Positions 38,434 through 50,800 of a DNA stretch of 64,000 nucleotides are shown here, in pieces. The stretch is from Rhina ancylostomus. Lineage: Eukaryota. The DNA is taken from NCBI GenBank assembly GCA_030265395.1, contig JARFYF010000074.1:99422846-99486845 (forward strand), read 5' to 3'. Under the pieces are notes generated by a model. It searched no databases. It saw only the letters and a list, made by a program, of their open reading frames with translations, and was not told the origin of the DNA. How positions within the stretch are numbered: the first letter of the stretch is position 1; the number at the start of each line of letters is the position of its first letter. The position numbers and the translations under genes are program-made.

Positions 38434-38860
38434 GGCTCAGTCTGCGGCGGCTGCAGGCCCGCCGACCTGTCGCTAGGGGCGGCGTTGAGCAGTCCGGGGC
38501 TGGCTGCTGTTGATACGCGGGGTTTGTGTGTCATTGGCTGTGGTGCTCTCGGTTCGCTGGGCTGTCCTTTCTGTAAATCACATGGAAGCTGCACAGAAGC
38601 GATTTCTCGGGGTCGAGGAAGCGAAGAACGGCAGGAAGAGGAGGGCAACATGGCGTTGGTGATGCTCTGGGTTTCTTTATTAGCGGCGTTGATCTGTGAA
38701 GGTAAGTCTGGGCTTGGACTCGGAGCATTTAATCCTTGTGGTGGGGAGCTGGGTGCCGCTCCCCAACCCCTCCCGTTGAGTTCAAACATTTAACTCGGCA
38801 CGTACTGTTGTACCTGTGATTAAACTTAGAAAATACGTGGCCCCTTGCACCACGTGCCAG
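38434..38860 (+). promoter_or_regulatory. CpG-rich promoter/exon 1 region of IFNAR1-like gene
   Basis: Dense CpG compared with the window background, GC-box-like ggggcgg (38476), inverted CCAAT (38533); upstream part lost in a gap. Confidence 0.55.
38650..38701 (+). CDS. IFNAR1: IFNAR1-like exon 1 (signal peptide MALVMLWVSLLAALICE)
   Basis: aacATGg Kozak context, hydrophobic leader, consensus donor g|gtaagt, CpG-rich surroundings. Confidence 0.85.
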
Positions 38861-41800
38861 TTAAAATGCGGTTTACTTGAGAATAATGATGTTTAAAGTT
38901 ACATTAGATTATTGGTTCCAGCACTGAGCTGTCAAGCCTGTACCCTTTCGATGTGAGGGCAAGCGAGCTGGTCCATAATTGAATCTGCCTCCTCTATCAC
39001 ATTTGGCAGTACGTTCCAGACTCAAACCGCTTGCTGTATGGAAAAGCAGAATACTTGTGTCACTTTTAGTTATTTGTATCACTGTTATTTTGTATCCTCT
39101 TGATTCTCAACCTCTCCGACAATGGGAATAGTTCTAACTGACCCTGAATTCTAGCTAACTCTTAGCGGAGCTCCTCTTATTGATGGAGAACAGCGCCAGT
39201 TTCTGCATCCTCCCCCCCCCCAACTACTCAACCACCCAACTACCTCCCGCACAACAACTTCCCCCCCCAACTACCCAACTAAAGGCCCTCCATTCCTGAA
39301 ACCATTTCAGTAATTCCCCTCTGCACCTTTACATGATTCAGGTGTGGTGCCCCGGAACGGTACATGATCATTCCGCCAGCAGCCAAACCAGTTACAAAGG
39401 TTCATCGCGATTTCCTTCGTCTTGTATTCTCTGACTCTACGATGAAAGGCCACTATACGATATTCTTTTCCTTCAAATCCACTTTCCCAACCTGTCTTGC
39501 TACTTTCAGCAAGCCAGCCATATATAACCCCACCCCCATGTGTTCTTGTATTCTGTTTAAAATTGTGCCCTCTAGTTTATATTGCCTCTTCTAAGTCTTC
39601 CTGACAAAATATAACATTTCATATTTCTGAGCATTAAACTTCATGTATCACCTGTCCTCCATGCCTATATCTCCTTGAACTCTATTAGATTCCTCCAACT
39701 GCTTGCCTCTTAAGTTTTGAGTAAAACATTGAAAATTCAGAATTGTACAAAATATTAATGTATATTAAGAAAAGCAGTTGTCAAATACCAATCCTTGGTG
39801 AGCTCTGTAAGCTTCCCTCCAGTCCAAAATATAAAATCCTTACCTGACTATTCTCAGTTTCCTATTATTTAGTCAATTTTCTACCCATGCCGCTACAGAT
39901 TCTTTTATCCCATTGCCTTCAGTCAATGTGGCACTTTATTAAATGCCTTTTGGAAGTGCTTGCATACATCAACCACATGTACTTTATCAACTCTCTGATA
40001 CATCATAATAACTATTTGATTTAACATAATTTACCTTCAATATATCTGTGGTGTCTTTGTCTAACCAACCTACATTGAGTGGTTGCTGATTCTATCCCCA
40101 GACTTGGCCCAACTACTGAGGGTAAACTGAGTAGTCGGTAGTTAGTAAGTTTATCTTCACACACATAATTACAGTTGTGAAGCTTTTATTTCCACTGCAT
40201 TTCCAACATTTTCTTATTTCAGATCATTTCTGATTTAGCCTTTCTTTTTAGTGCATTCTTGCAAAATTTGTCTCAGGTGTAGGTGTTGAACTGTTTGGAA
40301 ACATTTTTCCCAACAGCTTTTGGTTTTTGTCCATCTCTAGTTCTTCATCTGCCTGCAGAGTGCTGCCTCATGCCTGCTAATTGTGCTGTATAGACCCTTG
40401 TCTGCAAGTGCCATTAGAGAGGGCTAGGCCTTTCCCTCACTAAAGGTTGTTCTAGGAGTGGACCACCTCACAATATATGCTGTTAGTTAGATTTTGGTTT
40501 CTGCATACTTCAGCTTAAGATGTTTTCTGCCTTGCGAGTTAGTGAACGTACAAGGCCAATGGAGCAGCCAGGATCTTGACAAAAGATGTGATCAAATTCA
40601 TTCAGGAATAAGAAGTAAATGGAAACAATGGGAGGAAGGCAAATTCAAAGCAAATAAGAAAGTGAAATAAAATAGCAAGGAAGATTGAATTTAGGTAGAT
40701 AGAGAAACAAATGGAAAACAATTATATATACTTCTATTTTAATATATCTCAGAATTTACAATGTACTGGAATGCAACTCTGGCTAAAACAGTTCTACTTG
40801 GGATAGAGCAGTTGCTATGCGATTAGTAATTATGTTGTTAAGGATTTTTAATGCTGTTACATCTACCTCTGACTTTCTGTTTCAAATTTAATGTGCAGAT
40901 GCAGTAAGTTGTAAAATAATAGGATGGAGAGCTAGTTGCATTTTGTACATTGGAAATAGTGGATCAGCATAAATTGACCAATAAATTGAGGTGACTCATA
41001 ACTCATGGGCTGTGTCTCCTACACCCACGTTTAATGATCAGTTAAGAGCACTGCACATTCTAAACCTGCCTTTGCAGCAAGATTTAGGCATTGTCTACAA
41101 GTATGCACCTTCCAGCATCACTCATTGGACAGTGATCGCATGAGAACCCAGATAAACAGATATAATTTGTAGTGTTGATGTTGTTGGTGGCCCATAGTGT
41201 GTTGATTTATAGAAAATAAAGCATCAAGTAATTTCCATAAAATATTTGACAGACACCTGTGTGCAACGTAAAGTGTCAATTCTCACCCTTTTAAATTTTG
41301 AATTGGTAAGGAACTATTCAGGGAAATTGTATTTGATTTACAGGGATGTAGTCACCATGTTTTGTTTGTGGGTTTATCATTCTACTGCTATCAAATAGAG
41401 TTAGATGAAGTGATGCAAATAGAAAGTTTACATATTCCAATCCTCCTAGTATCTGAAGTTTACTTCTGCATTGAAAATTGTTATTATAAAATGAAATGAA
41501 AGAAATCAAAACATATGCATTTGTCATTCAAGTTAAATGCCCCATTGCCATTTGCTTTTGACCAACTTGTGGGTAGTATGGGAAGTAATATTCTCAGGCA
41601 GTTATAAAACTAGGAGGGAGAATTGAACCTGGGAAGGCATTAAATAAATTGTTCAAAGTATTTTAATTAAGAAGGTTGACTTAAAAATTGAGAGACGTGT
41701 GTACAGCAAGAAGAAAGCATGGCAATTAAAGTTCTGGATGGATGGCTTTGAGGTGTAAGTTGAAGGAGTTGAGGATTGCAGTTGCCACAGTTTGCTCTGT

Positions 41801-44800
41801 CACAGTTGAGTATCAATTAATAAAATGAATATAACTCTGAACTGTATAGCCAGATGTGATACTTGAACAAGGCAGTCTGATGCCCACTGTGACACAAGGG
41901 AATCATACAATCCTTAACATAAGAAACTTTAATCATTTGGAAAGTGTGCAGAAGTTTTCAGCTTTAAAAATGGGTTCTAGAAGGTTGCCATGTAGAGGTC
42001 CACAATAGGAATTGAATCGATAAAGCAAATTTAGGGCATTTGTTCAAACTAGTAAAATGCAGTTTGAGATTGGCATCACATTTAAAATAAACTTTCCATT
42101 TGGGTGCTGGTGATAATATCCTTCAAACAATGTAAGATTCTATATGTCGAGAAGGCACTATTTACTGTTATCTGCCTTCTGACCATTGTGTGACAAGCTA
42201 TTTATTAAATGTAATTTGGCTGTTTTTGAGCAGCTGGTTCATCAAAAAGTTGGAGCTAAAAGACAAAACTAAGAACATACAACAGGTTAATTTGATAAAT
42301 AGGCCTTTTGGGGTGTAATCCTTCATCAAAATTCTGCTGGGAGTTTTAATGGTAATTGATGGAATCGGTTTCACTGGTGGTGCTTGGTTATTTAAATACC
42401 AGATATGGGACTTTCTGTCAAATGTAGTAGGCCCTGACTTGCCAACAGAGTTGGAATGTCAAATTGCTGAATCCGTTCTATTGCTGGACATGGAGTATTC
42501 CATGCCCCAGTTAATGAAAGCAAGTATCCCATGTGCTGCCTTAACCTCAGTGTTGCAAGCTGTACCACAGCAGGATTCAACTCGCTTATCATACTTTTCA
42601 TTTTAGAAAGGGTCCCTTAAAATGTAATCCAGTTTCTGTTCCCACAATATTTGAACTGTAAATAGTCACCAACCACCAACCTGACTGGCACCAATGTCAC
42701 AATGTCCAACCAAAGACCAGTGTTGAGATGCTCCTACTGACCCTCCTCACCAAAGCTCCTCACTCACTGTAGTCCATACTTTCAGACCACTGTGCTCCAT
42801 GGATCACTGCAGAATAAAAAACATACTGTTGTTTCTTTGCCTGCTTCTTTATACACACAAACAACATTAGTAAAGGCAGCTGAAGTTTGCTGATCTCAGT
42901 TGAAAAGGTTATACTTACAAAAAGGTTCCCTCTCAGTATCTCTTACTTTCCTCGCCTGATACAATAAGCTAAAAGCTTCAAACCTGCAAAGATATCACTG
43001 TAAAAAGTCATTAGTTTTGATGACTAAACTTAGAATAAGCTTAAAATGAATTGATGTACAGTTTCTTCTTGCTTACCATAGACTGCACTCTGGGGATGGC
43101 TGTGAAAAAAGAACATTGACATCCCATGAAGGAATAGTCAAGGAATAGTGATAAACCATCAGTTTATACTTGCATTGTTGTACCTCATCTAAATTAAATT
43201 AGGGCTTTCCGTTTTGTATAATATAGGGAGAGATTAAGAAGCTAATATTAAGAAACTGGTACAATTTTGAGTTTCCCTGGATATGTTCTTTGATAACTTC
43301 ACTTCTAACCATTTGTTGTATCAGAATAGCTCTGTTTGCTGCCTGAAACTCCTTGTGAATCACTGAGCACTCTGGTACAATAAATTATGTTCTGTAAGGG
43401 AACTGTCTAGAACCTGTTTAACTCACTTGTAATGTGGGTTCAGGATTTTGCCCTGTTTCCTGACTTCAGCAGGAATAGATGGTGAGAATCTTTTTAAAGA
43501 AGCATTTGGTAAAAATGCAACTATATTTTCCTTGCTAATGACACTGCAAGTGTCTCCACTATCTGCAAGTCACTGCTTTCCTTCTCAATCTACCAGAATG
43601 TTTGTGGGACAAAGTCTTGCATGCAGCCTTTCATTTTCTACACCCACTAATGTTATCTGATGTGAATCAGCCCGAGAAGATTGTTCTTATTTGCACTGCA
43701 CCTACCTTCATTCCTGTGCATTTGTAAAGACTAATACGTAGAGACAGTGATTGTATCCCTCTGCATTTGCTTGAAAAACATCTTCTGACAAGGCAGATAA
43801 TGTACGTCCCACTGCAAGTTGCAGCAAGCAGGATATTAATTATTTCCCTCGCTTTCTCAATTATTCACCATTTCCAACCCCCACCCACCCCCCCCAAAAG
43901 GAAACAGTGTTAAATAGTTGACAGTGAGTGTAAACTGCAGGGGCAGTGTGTGATTAAATTTAANNNNNNNNNNNNNNNNNNNNNNNNNNNNNNNNNNNNN
44001 NNNNNNNNNNNNNNNNNNNNNNNNNNNNNNNNNNNNNNNNNNNNNNNNNNNNNNNNNNNNNNNAAAAGTAATCAGTGTTAAATATTTGACATTGAGTGTA
44101 AACTGCAGGTGCTGTGTGTGATTAAATTTAATTTTATTCAACATATAGGGAAGAAGCAATACCTCATTTTATTAGTGCTTAGTATTATTTCTGTTAATCA
44201 CAGGTTTAATTGTCCTCCTTTCTTTTAAAGTAGCATTATTTGAAAACCATGTTAATAAATTATCTTCCAAAAACAAAATAAGCTGCAGATGCTGGTAATC
44301 TGAAATAAAAACTTAAGATTCACCAGGTCGAGAAGCATCTGTGGAGTGAGAAACAGAAATAAAATTTCAGATCAATAAAATTTTTCATCAGAATAAAATA
44401 CTTTCTGTTTAAAGTGGGTAAAAAATATTTAAGTTGTTTGGTATTTATTGCTTCTGAGATTCATGAGACATTCATTTTACTTTTTTTCACAGTGTTTGGA
44501 GAAGTAAAGGCCCCAACAAATATTTGGATTCAGGCTTTCAATCTCAAGTATGTGCTGAAGTGGGACGATGTGCAGAACAATAATTACAGTGTGAGTTATA
44601 CTGTAAATTACAGAAGGTAAGCCACTTATTACTGTTGAGTTGCTAACATCTCTTTACAGAAAGAGATCTTGTAGTACTTCATAAAAGAGAGAAAATTGTG
44701 AGGCAGGAGAAGAACGCACAAAAGGACATCAAGGAGAAGTGTTTCCAGGATGATAGTCGGGTAAGTGGAGAGAGTTTCAGAGGTCAGGAATGTAGCAGAT

Positions 44801-47800
44801 GCCAGTGGTAAAGTGGAAGAAGTGTGAAATGAATGCAAACCAGTTTAAAGAAGTGGAGACCATGGATGAGGGCATTACTGTGATACTGTGGGGTTAGCCA
44901 AAGTAGAAAATAGAAAACAATCAAGAAAATCTTAAAATGAATTTGTTGTTTTACCAGAACTTGATGATGGTGGAATTTGATGAAGCAAGTTTTAATTTGC
45001 AATGGGTGGAGGTAAACAAAAGGATATTAGAGCAGTCAAGTCCTGAGATAAGATAAATGGTTTCAGTTTCAGTGGCTAGCAGAGAGATAGTGATGCAGTT
45101 GAATGTTTGTATCACAGGATTATATTAGGCTTATAAACTGTGGTTTGCATTCTAAACTTTAAAGGGTCTGTTCTTTACATAACACTGCAATCTGTCAAAC
45201 ACCGGTACAATCAGATTGCCAATGCTGCAATCAATTGAAAGAACTGATATTTTTCCTTCAAAGATGAGTGTGTTTAAATAAGCCCCAGGAAAGTACCTTT
45301 TTTTAAAAAAAATTACCTATATAGCATGTGCTCACAACTTTAATTGTCAGCTAAATTGCATGCCATTGGGTGAGAGCCTGAGATACAGTAGAATCTGCTA
45401 ACAAATGAAACTCCAGGGCAAACACTGATTTAGGCTGAAGACAAATTCTCTTGTAGGACCCGGTGAGAACCAACAGCCTCTCACAATGTCCAGTCATCAG
45501 ACAGATGGAAGGGATGAGAGTGTAAGGCACAGTAGTGACACAATAGAACAGTTGTTGGCATCAGGCTCCATTGCTAGGTTCTCATTACTAAACTTTCCCT
45601 TCTTTGTCCTGATTGATTGAGGATATCACTTGGTGCCATTTCCCCTCCCCACTGATATCTATTCAAGAGAACACATTTAACACCTTTCTCATAGAAGCAA
45701 TGATAATACGTGAGCTGTGGACTGTTATGTTATTTTAATTTCCATCTCTNNNNNNNNNNNNNNNNNNNNNNNNTCTGCATTTGTATTCCTGCTACTCAAA
45801 TCAGTTATAGTCCTCAAGCTTCTCAGTAAAGCTTATGGATTCACTTGGGCAGTATTAATTACTCTTTGAATTGCATGCTAAGTGCTGTTTATTGCTGTTC
45901 TGGACATTTGATAAGAAAACTCAGTAAGTCCATAATGGTGGTACAACCTTTTCATGAATCACCTATGGGCTCTAATTATAATTCCTCTGGTATATTTCTG
46001 TCGGTGAACATACCTATCAATATTTATTTATAAAAAAGAGTTTGCAAATGTTTAAATAAGATATTTTCAATCTGGCCCTATCTGCCAGACCTCAGCTGAC
46101 ACACAGTGGGGTGGGGTGGAAACAAGAAAACCACAGGTGCATCAGAACTGACTGGTGGGCGAGGAAACATCATTATCTCAGTGAAGTCTGCCTTTAATGG
46201 TATGAATGTAGAATACCACGGCTCTTTCCATTGCTTTGTCACATGCAGTTTGTATTAATTTTTACCAGTCAGCAAAAATTGGTTATGGTATGCCGTTTAC
46301 AATGCTTCCTTTTGTAAACACTTATTACAAGTAATTGTACAAAATGTCTTAATTTAACTTTTCTCATATTTGAAAATCTGCATGCACTTGCTAACCATTC
46401 ATGTGCTGACTCAGAGCTGAATGATTTTCTAACCTCAGTCATCACATTCGCAATCTTGTCTAGTTCTTCCTTATTTTTGGGACTGGCTTATGCTGGTCAT
46501 GTTCCTGATTAGTACTTGTATTCAAGTTTAGCATGGTAGTGCTATGAAATCATCCTGGAACATTGTAATATTAGCATGGCTGTGTTGCATGTTTTTGACT
46601 GAAACAGCACCTGTCTAATGTTTGTTCAACTTGTCTGTCAATAAAGCCAGCCTTTGTCTACTCAATGATGTGAATCATCCTTTACAAAGTTTTTGCTTAT
46701 TTCCTCACAGTAAGGTTGGACCCTGGAAGAATGTGAAAGGATGTGAAAGTATCACCCGTAACGAGTGTGATTTCACTTCAGCAGACATTATATTTAGCGG
46801 AGAATACTTCCTGCAGCTACGAGCCCATCATGGGAATCAGACGACACCCTGGTTGCACACTGAGTCATTTATTCCCTACAAGAACAGTTAAGAGAATTTA
46901 ATGTTAAGATGTATACAATATATGGTATGCTGTGTCTTTTCACCTCTTGGATCTGATAAGCTATATAGTTGTCTGCCAGCTTTCAGTTAGCATCTGATGC
47001 AAGGACACAGTGTATTGTCTTGTTGATTTTTTTTAATGAATTTTCTGCTCACCAGAGCTGAGACACCCAAATGTTTTTACTATAGTGCACTTTATTTAGA
47101 ATGTTATAACTTGCTCTGTTTATTTGGAACATCAGATATTGCTCTACTCTTTCTCTTTCACAACATTATTATTTTCCCTTTTGCCATGCTATCAATTCTG
47201 TGACTTATCCAAGTGAGTTTGTCCAGTTAAGAATAACTTAGGCCTATTTGTATTGTTCAAGCTCATTTCATGTTGGAACTCTTAAAGCAATCAACTGAGT
47301 GGAGGATTCTGTCCTTGCCATATGTGAAAGAGTTGGCTTTATGGTGATGGAAAAGCTTGAAGTGTAGCATTGGACTGGCTGTCTGGAATATCCAAGATCA
47401 ATATTTCCAACTAAGCTGTATTGTGTAATACTTCGAAGTAAAATGTATTCCCAAATACCCGATGATGAGCGATAAGTACTGAAGGGATACAAGATTGTGA
47501 AGCTGGTATTGTGAAGTCTCTTGCAATGATGAAGCACATTAAATGTTTAGGTGATCCAAAAAAAACCCAGGCAGTCAAAATTTCACCTTCCCTGTTTGAC
47601 CTAGGATGAAAACTGGCCCCACAAGATAATTTACCTGCCCTAGATGCCCAGCTATGGTATTGTAGCGACTAGCTACACTGAATAAAGACACAAGACACTT
47701 GTTTGGAGTCCNNNNNNNNNNNNNNNNNNNNNNNNNNNNNNNNNNNNNNNNNNNNNNNNNNNNNNNNNNNNNNNNNNNNNNNNNNNNNNNNNNNNNNNNN

Positions 47801-50800
47801 NNNNNNNNNNNAAAAGGTGGGCAGTTTAAGGGCTACTGCCAGTACCTCTTGTTGTACAGACATCGTGGGTCCAAAAACGTTTGGGCCCATCGGGGTCACC
47901 AATGTAGCGACTAGCTACACTGAATAAAGACATGAGACACTTGTTTGGAGTCCAAGAGTCGAATGAACGACTGGGGTGTGCTGCCCCTTTAATAAATACA
48001 GTTCCCATGCTGACGTCACGCGCAGGTCACGTGACCTTCCCACGTGCGGGCTCCACTAGCCCAACAAAGAAGGAGTGCCCCGTGCCATCTTGTGTCGGGG
48101 CCTCCGATGACGCTTGCGATCCTGGGAGCCGGTTCGTGAAAGGTAAGTTGCCACAGTATCATCAAGGTTGCTTTGCTGATACAAATGGTTAAAGGTGAAA
48201 CCATATAACCTCATTGAAAACTTGTGGAAATATTTCAAAGTAAACAGAAAGTGCTGATAATGTGCGCCAGGTTAGAAAGGACCTGTGGAAAATGACACAG
48301 TTAATATTTCAGGTTACTAGCCTGTAATTAAAAAAACAATTCAGATTATTTATATGGTTAGTTTAGAACTAGTGACCAAATTTTCCCAGTGTCCAAATAG
48401 TGGCCAATATTGTCCAAATAGTGGGGCGGCACAGTAGCATAGTGGTTAGCGCGATGCTATTACAGCACCAGCGATCGGGGTTCAAATCCCGTCGCTGTCT
48501 GTAAGGAGTTTGTACATTCTCGCGCGTCTGCGTGGGTTTCCTCTGGGTGCTCGGTTTCCTCCCACATTCGAAAGACGTACGTGTAGGTTAATTTGGGGTT
48601 TCAAATGGGCGGCGCGGACTTGTTGGGCTGGAAGGGCCTGTTACCATGCTGTAAATAAAATTTAATTTAAAAAAAGATTCATCAACCAAGATCAGGTATT
48701 AAATAGGAGGCTTATAATTATTTTGTAATCAGATTCAAATTTTATTTAATTTCATATTTTCTGAAATGAGTCCACCTTACTATTTTTATATGTACTCACT
48801 TGACATTCTGCATTTGGTCACTGAATTGTAATTCATTTTAAATTACAGATGAAATTGGTCCTCCTTCAGTATATGTGCAATCAAAAAAGCAGATGCTTAT
48901 TGTCAACATTTTCGAAATGCAAATGGAAAATAATGTATCCATACAAACAGTTTATAGAGATATTCAGTACAGGATAACCTACTGGAAAGAAAATTCTTAT
49001 GAAAATGGAAATGTAAGTAATGTGGATCAGAATTGCACCTTACGTTGCTCTCAAAAGAAGAATCAACATCTGTCTCTGCATTACAATGTGAAAATGCTTT
49101 TTATGTGTTATTTAAATGTTCTTTTAAATTTATGGTTGACTTGGGTAATGTGAAACAGAAACTGCACTTAAATGGCATCCATCATTCACAGTGTATTTAA
49201 CAGGATCATAACTAAACAACGTTTGACACCTAGCTACCAAAGTAAATTATGGCAGGTTATTCAAAGAGTTGGTTTTAAGAAACATCTTAAGGAGAGAAAG
49301 AGTCAGGGGTTTGAGGAAGGAAGAAATAGGAAGATGGTACAGTTGAATGTGTGACAAAGGAGCTGGCGCAGAGGGGAGGGCTTCAGGTACATGGATCATT
49401 GGGCACTCTTCCAGGGCAGGTGGGACTTGAACAAAAAGGGCAGGTGGGACCTGTACAAGAAGGGCAGGTTGCGCTTAAACCGGAGGGCCACCAATATCCT
49501 TGCAGCGATGTTTGCTATTGCTACTCGGGAGGGTTTAAACTAGTGTGATGGGGATGGGAACCAGAGCAGCAGGTCGGTAAGTGGAGCAGTCGAGGCAAAG
49601 GTAGAGGTTAGGTCTGAAGGACAGGCAGGGCCAGATTAATGAACATGGTGGGGCTAATGAGCTTAAGTGTATTTATTTCAATGCAAGGGGCGTTACGGGT
49701 GAGGTAGATGAATGTAGAGCCTGGATTAGTACATGGAACAATGCGTTGTAGCTATTTCAGAGACCTGGCTGAGAGAAGAGCTGGACTGACAGCTCAACGT
49801 TCCAGGATTCAGAAGTTTTAGACATGATAGAGAGGGATGTAAAAGAGGTGGGGGAGTCGCACTGCTGATCAGGGAGAATATCACAGCAACACATGGAGAT
49901 GACATTCTGGAGGGCTCATCCAGTGAAGCAATATGGGTAGAGCTCAGGAATAAGCAGAGTGCAGTCACTATGATGGGGTTAAACTGTAGACCTCCCGATA
50001 GCCAGCAGGAGATAGAGGAACAGATATATAGGCAGATTATGGAAAGATGTAAAGGCAACAGGGCAGTTGTAGTGAATGACATGTACTAAGGTACAGTGAA
50101 ACACTTTGATTTGTATGCCATCTATACAGTCATTTCATCACATCAGTACATTGAGGTAGTACAAGGGAAAACAATAACAAAATGCAGAATGAAGTGTTAC
50201 ATTTACAGAGAAAGTGCAGTGCAAGCAGACAATAAGTTAGCAAGGCCATAATGAGGTAGGTTGTGAGGTCAAGAGTCCATCTTATCATACTAGGGGATCA
50301 TTCAATAGTCTTATAACAGTGGGATAGAAGCTGTCCTTGAGCCTGGTGGTACATGCTTTCGGGCTTTTGTATCTTCTGCCTGATCACTGATCNNNNNNNN
50401 NNNNNNNNNNNNNNNNNNNNNNNNNNNNNNNNNNNNNNNNNNNNNNNNNNNNNNNNNNNNNNNNNNNNNNNNNNNNNNNNNNNNNNNNNNNNGGGGGAGA
50501 AGAAAGAATGTCAGGGGTGGGTGGGGTCTTTGATTAAATTGGCTACATTACTGAGGCAGCAAGAAGTGTAGACAGAGTCCATGGAGGGGAGACTGGTTTC
50601 CATGATGTACTGAGTAGTTTCCACAACTCTGTGCAGTTTCTTGCAGTCCCAGGTAGAGCAGTTGCCATACCAAGCTGTGATGAATCCAGATAGGATGCTT
50701 TCTATAGTGCATCTATAAAAATTGGTGAGGGTCAAAGGGGACATGCCAAATTTCTTTAGCCTCCTGAGGAAGTAGAGGCACTGGTGCACCTTCTTAGCCA

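Noticed and set aside
47661-47953. Duplicate sequence around a gap read as an assembly overlap
   Set aside because: The target-site duplication, primer site and gag start show these are two LTRs
48423-48495. tRNA-like sequence
   Set aside because: SINE head continuing into the V core and LINE tail; no convincing cloverleaf
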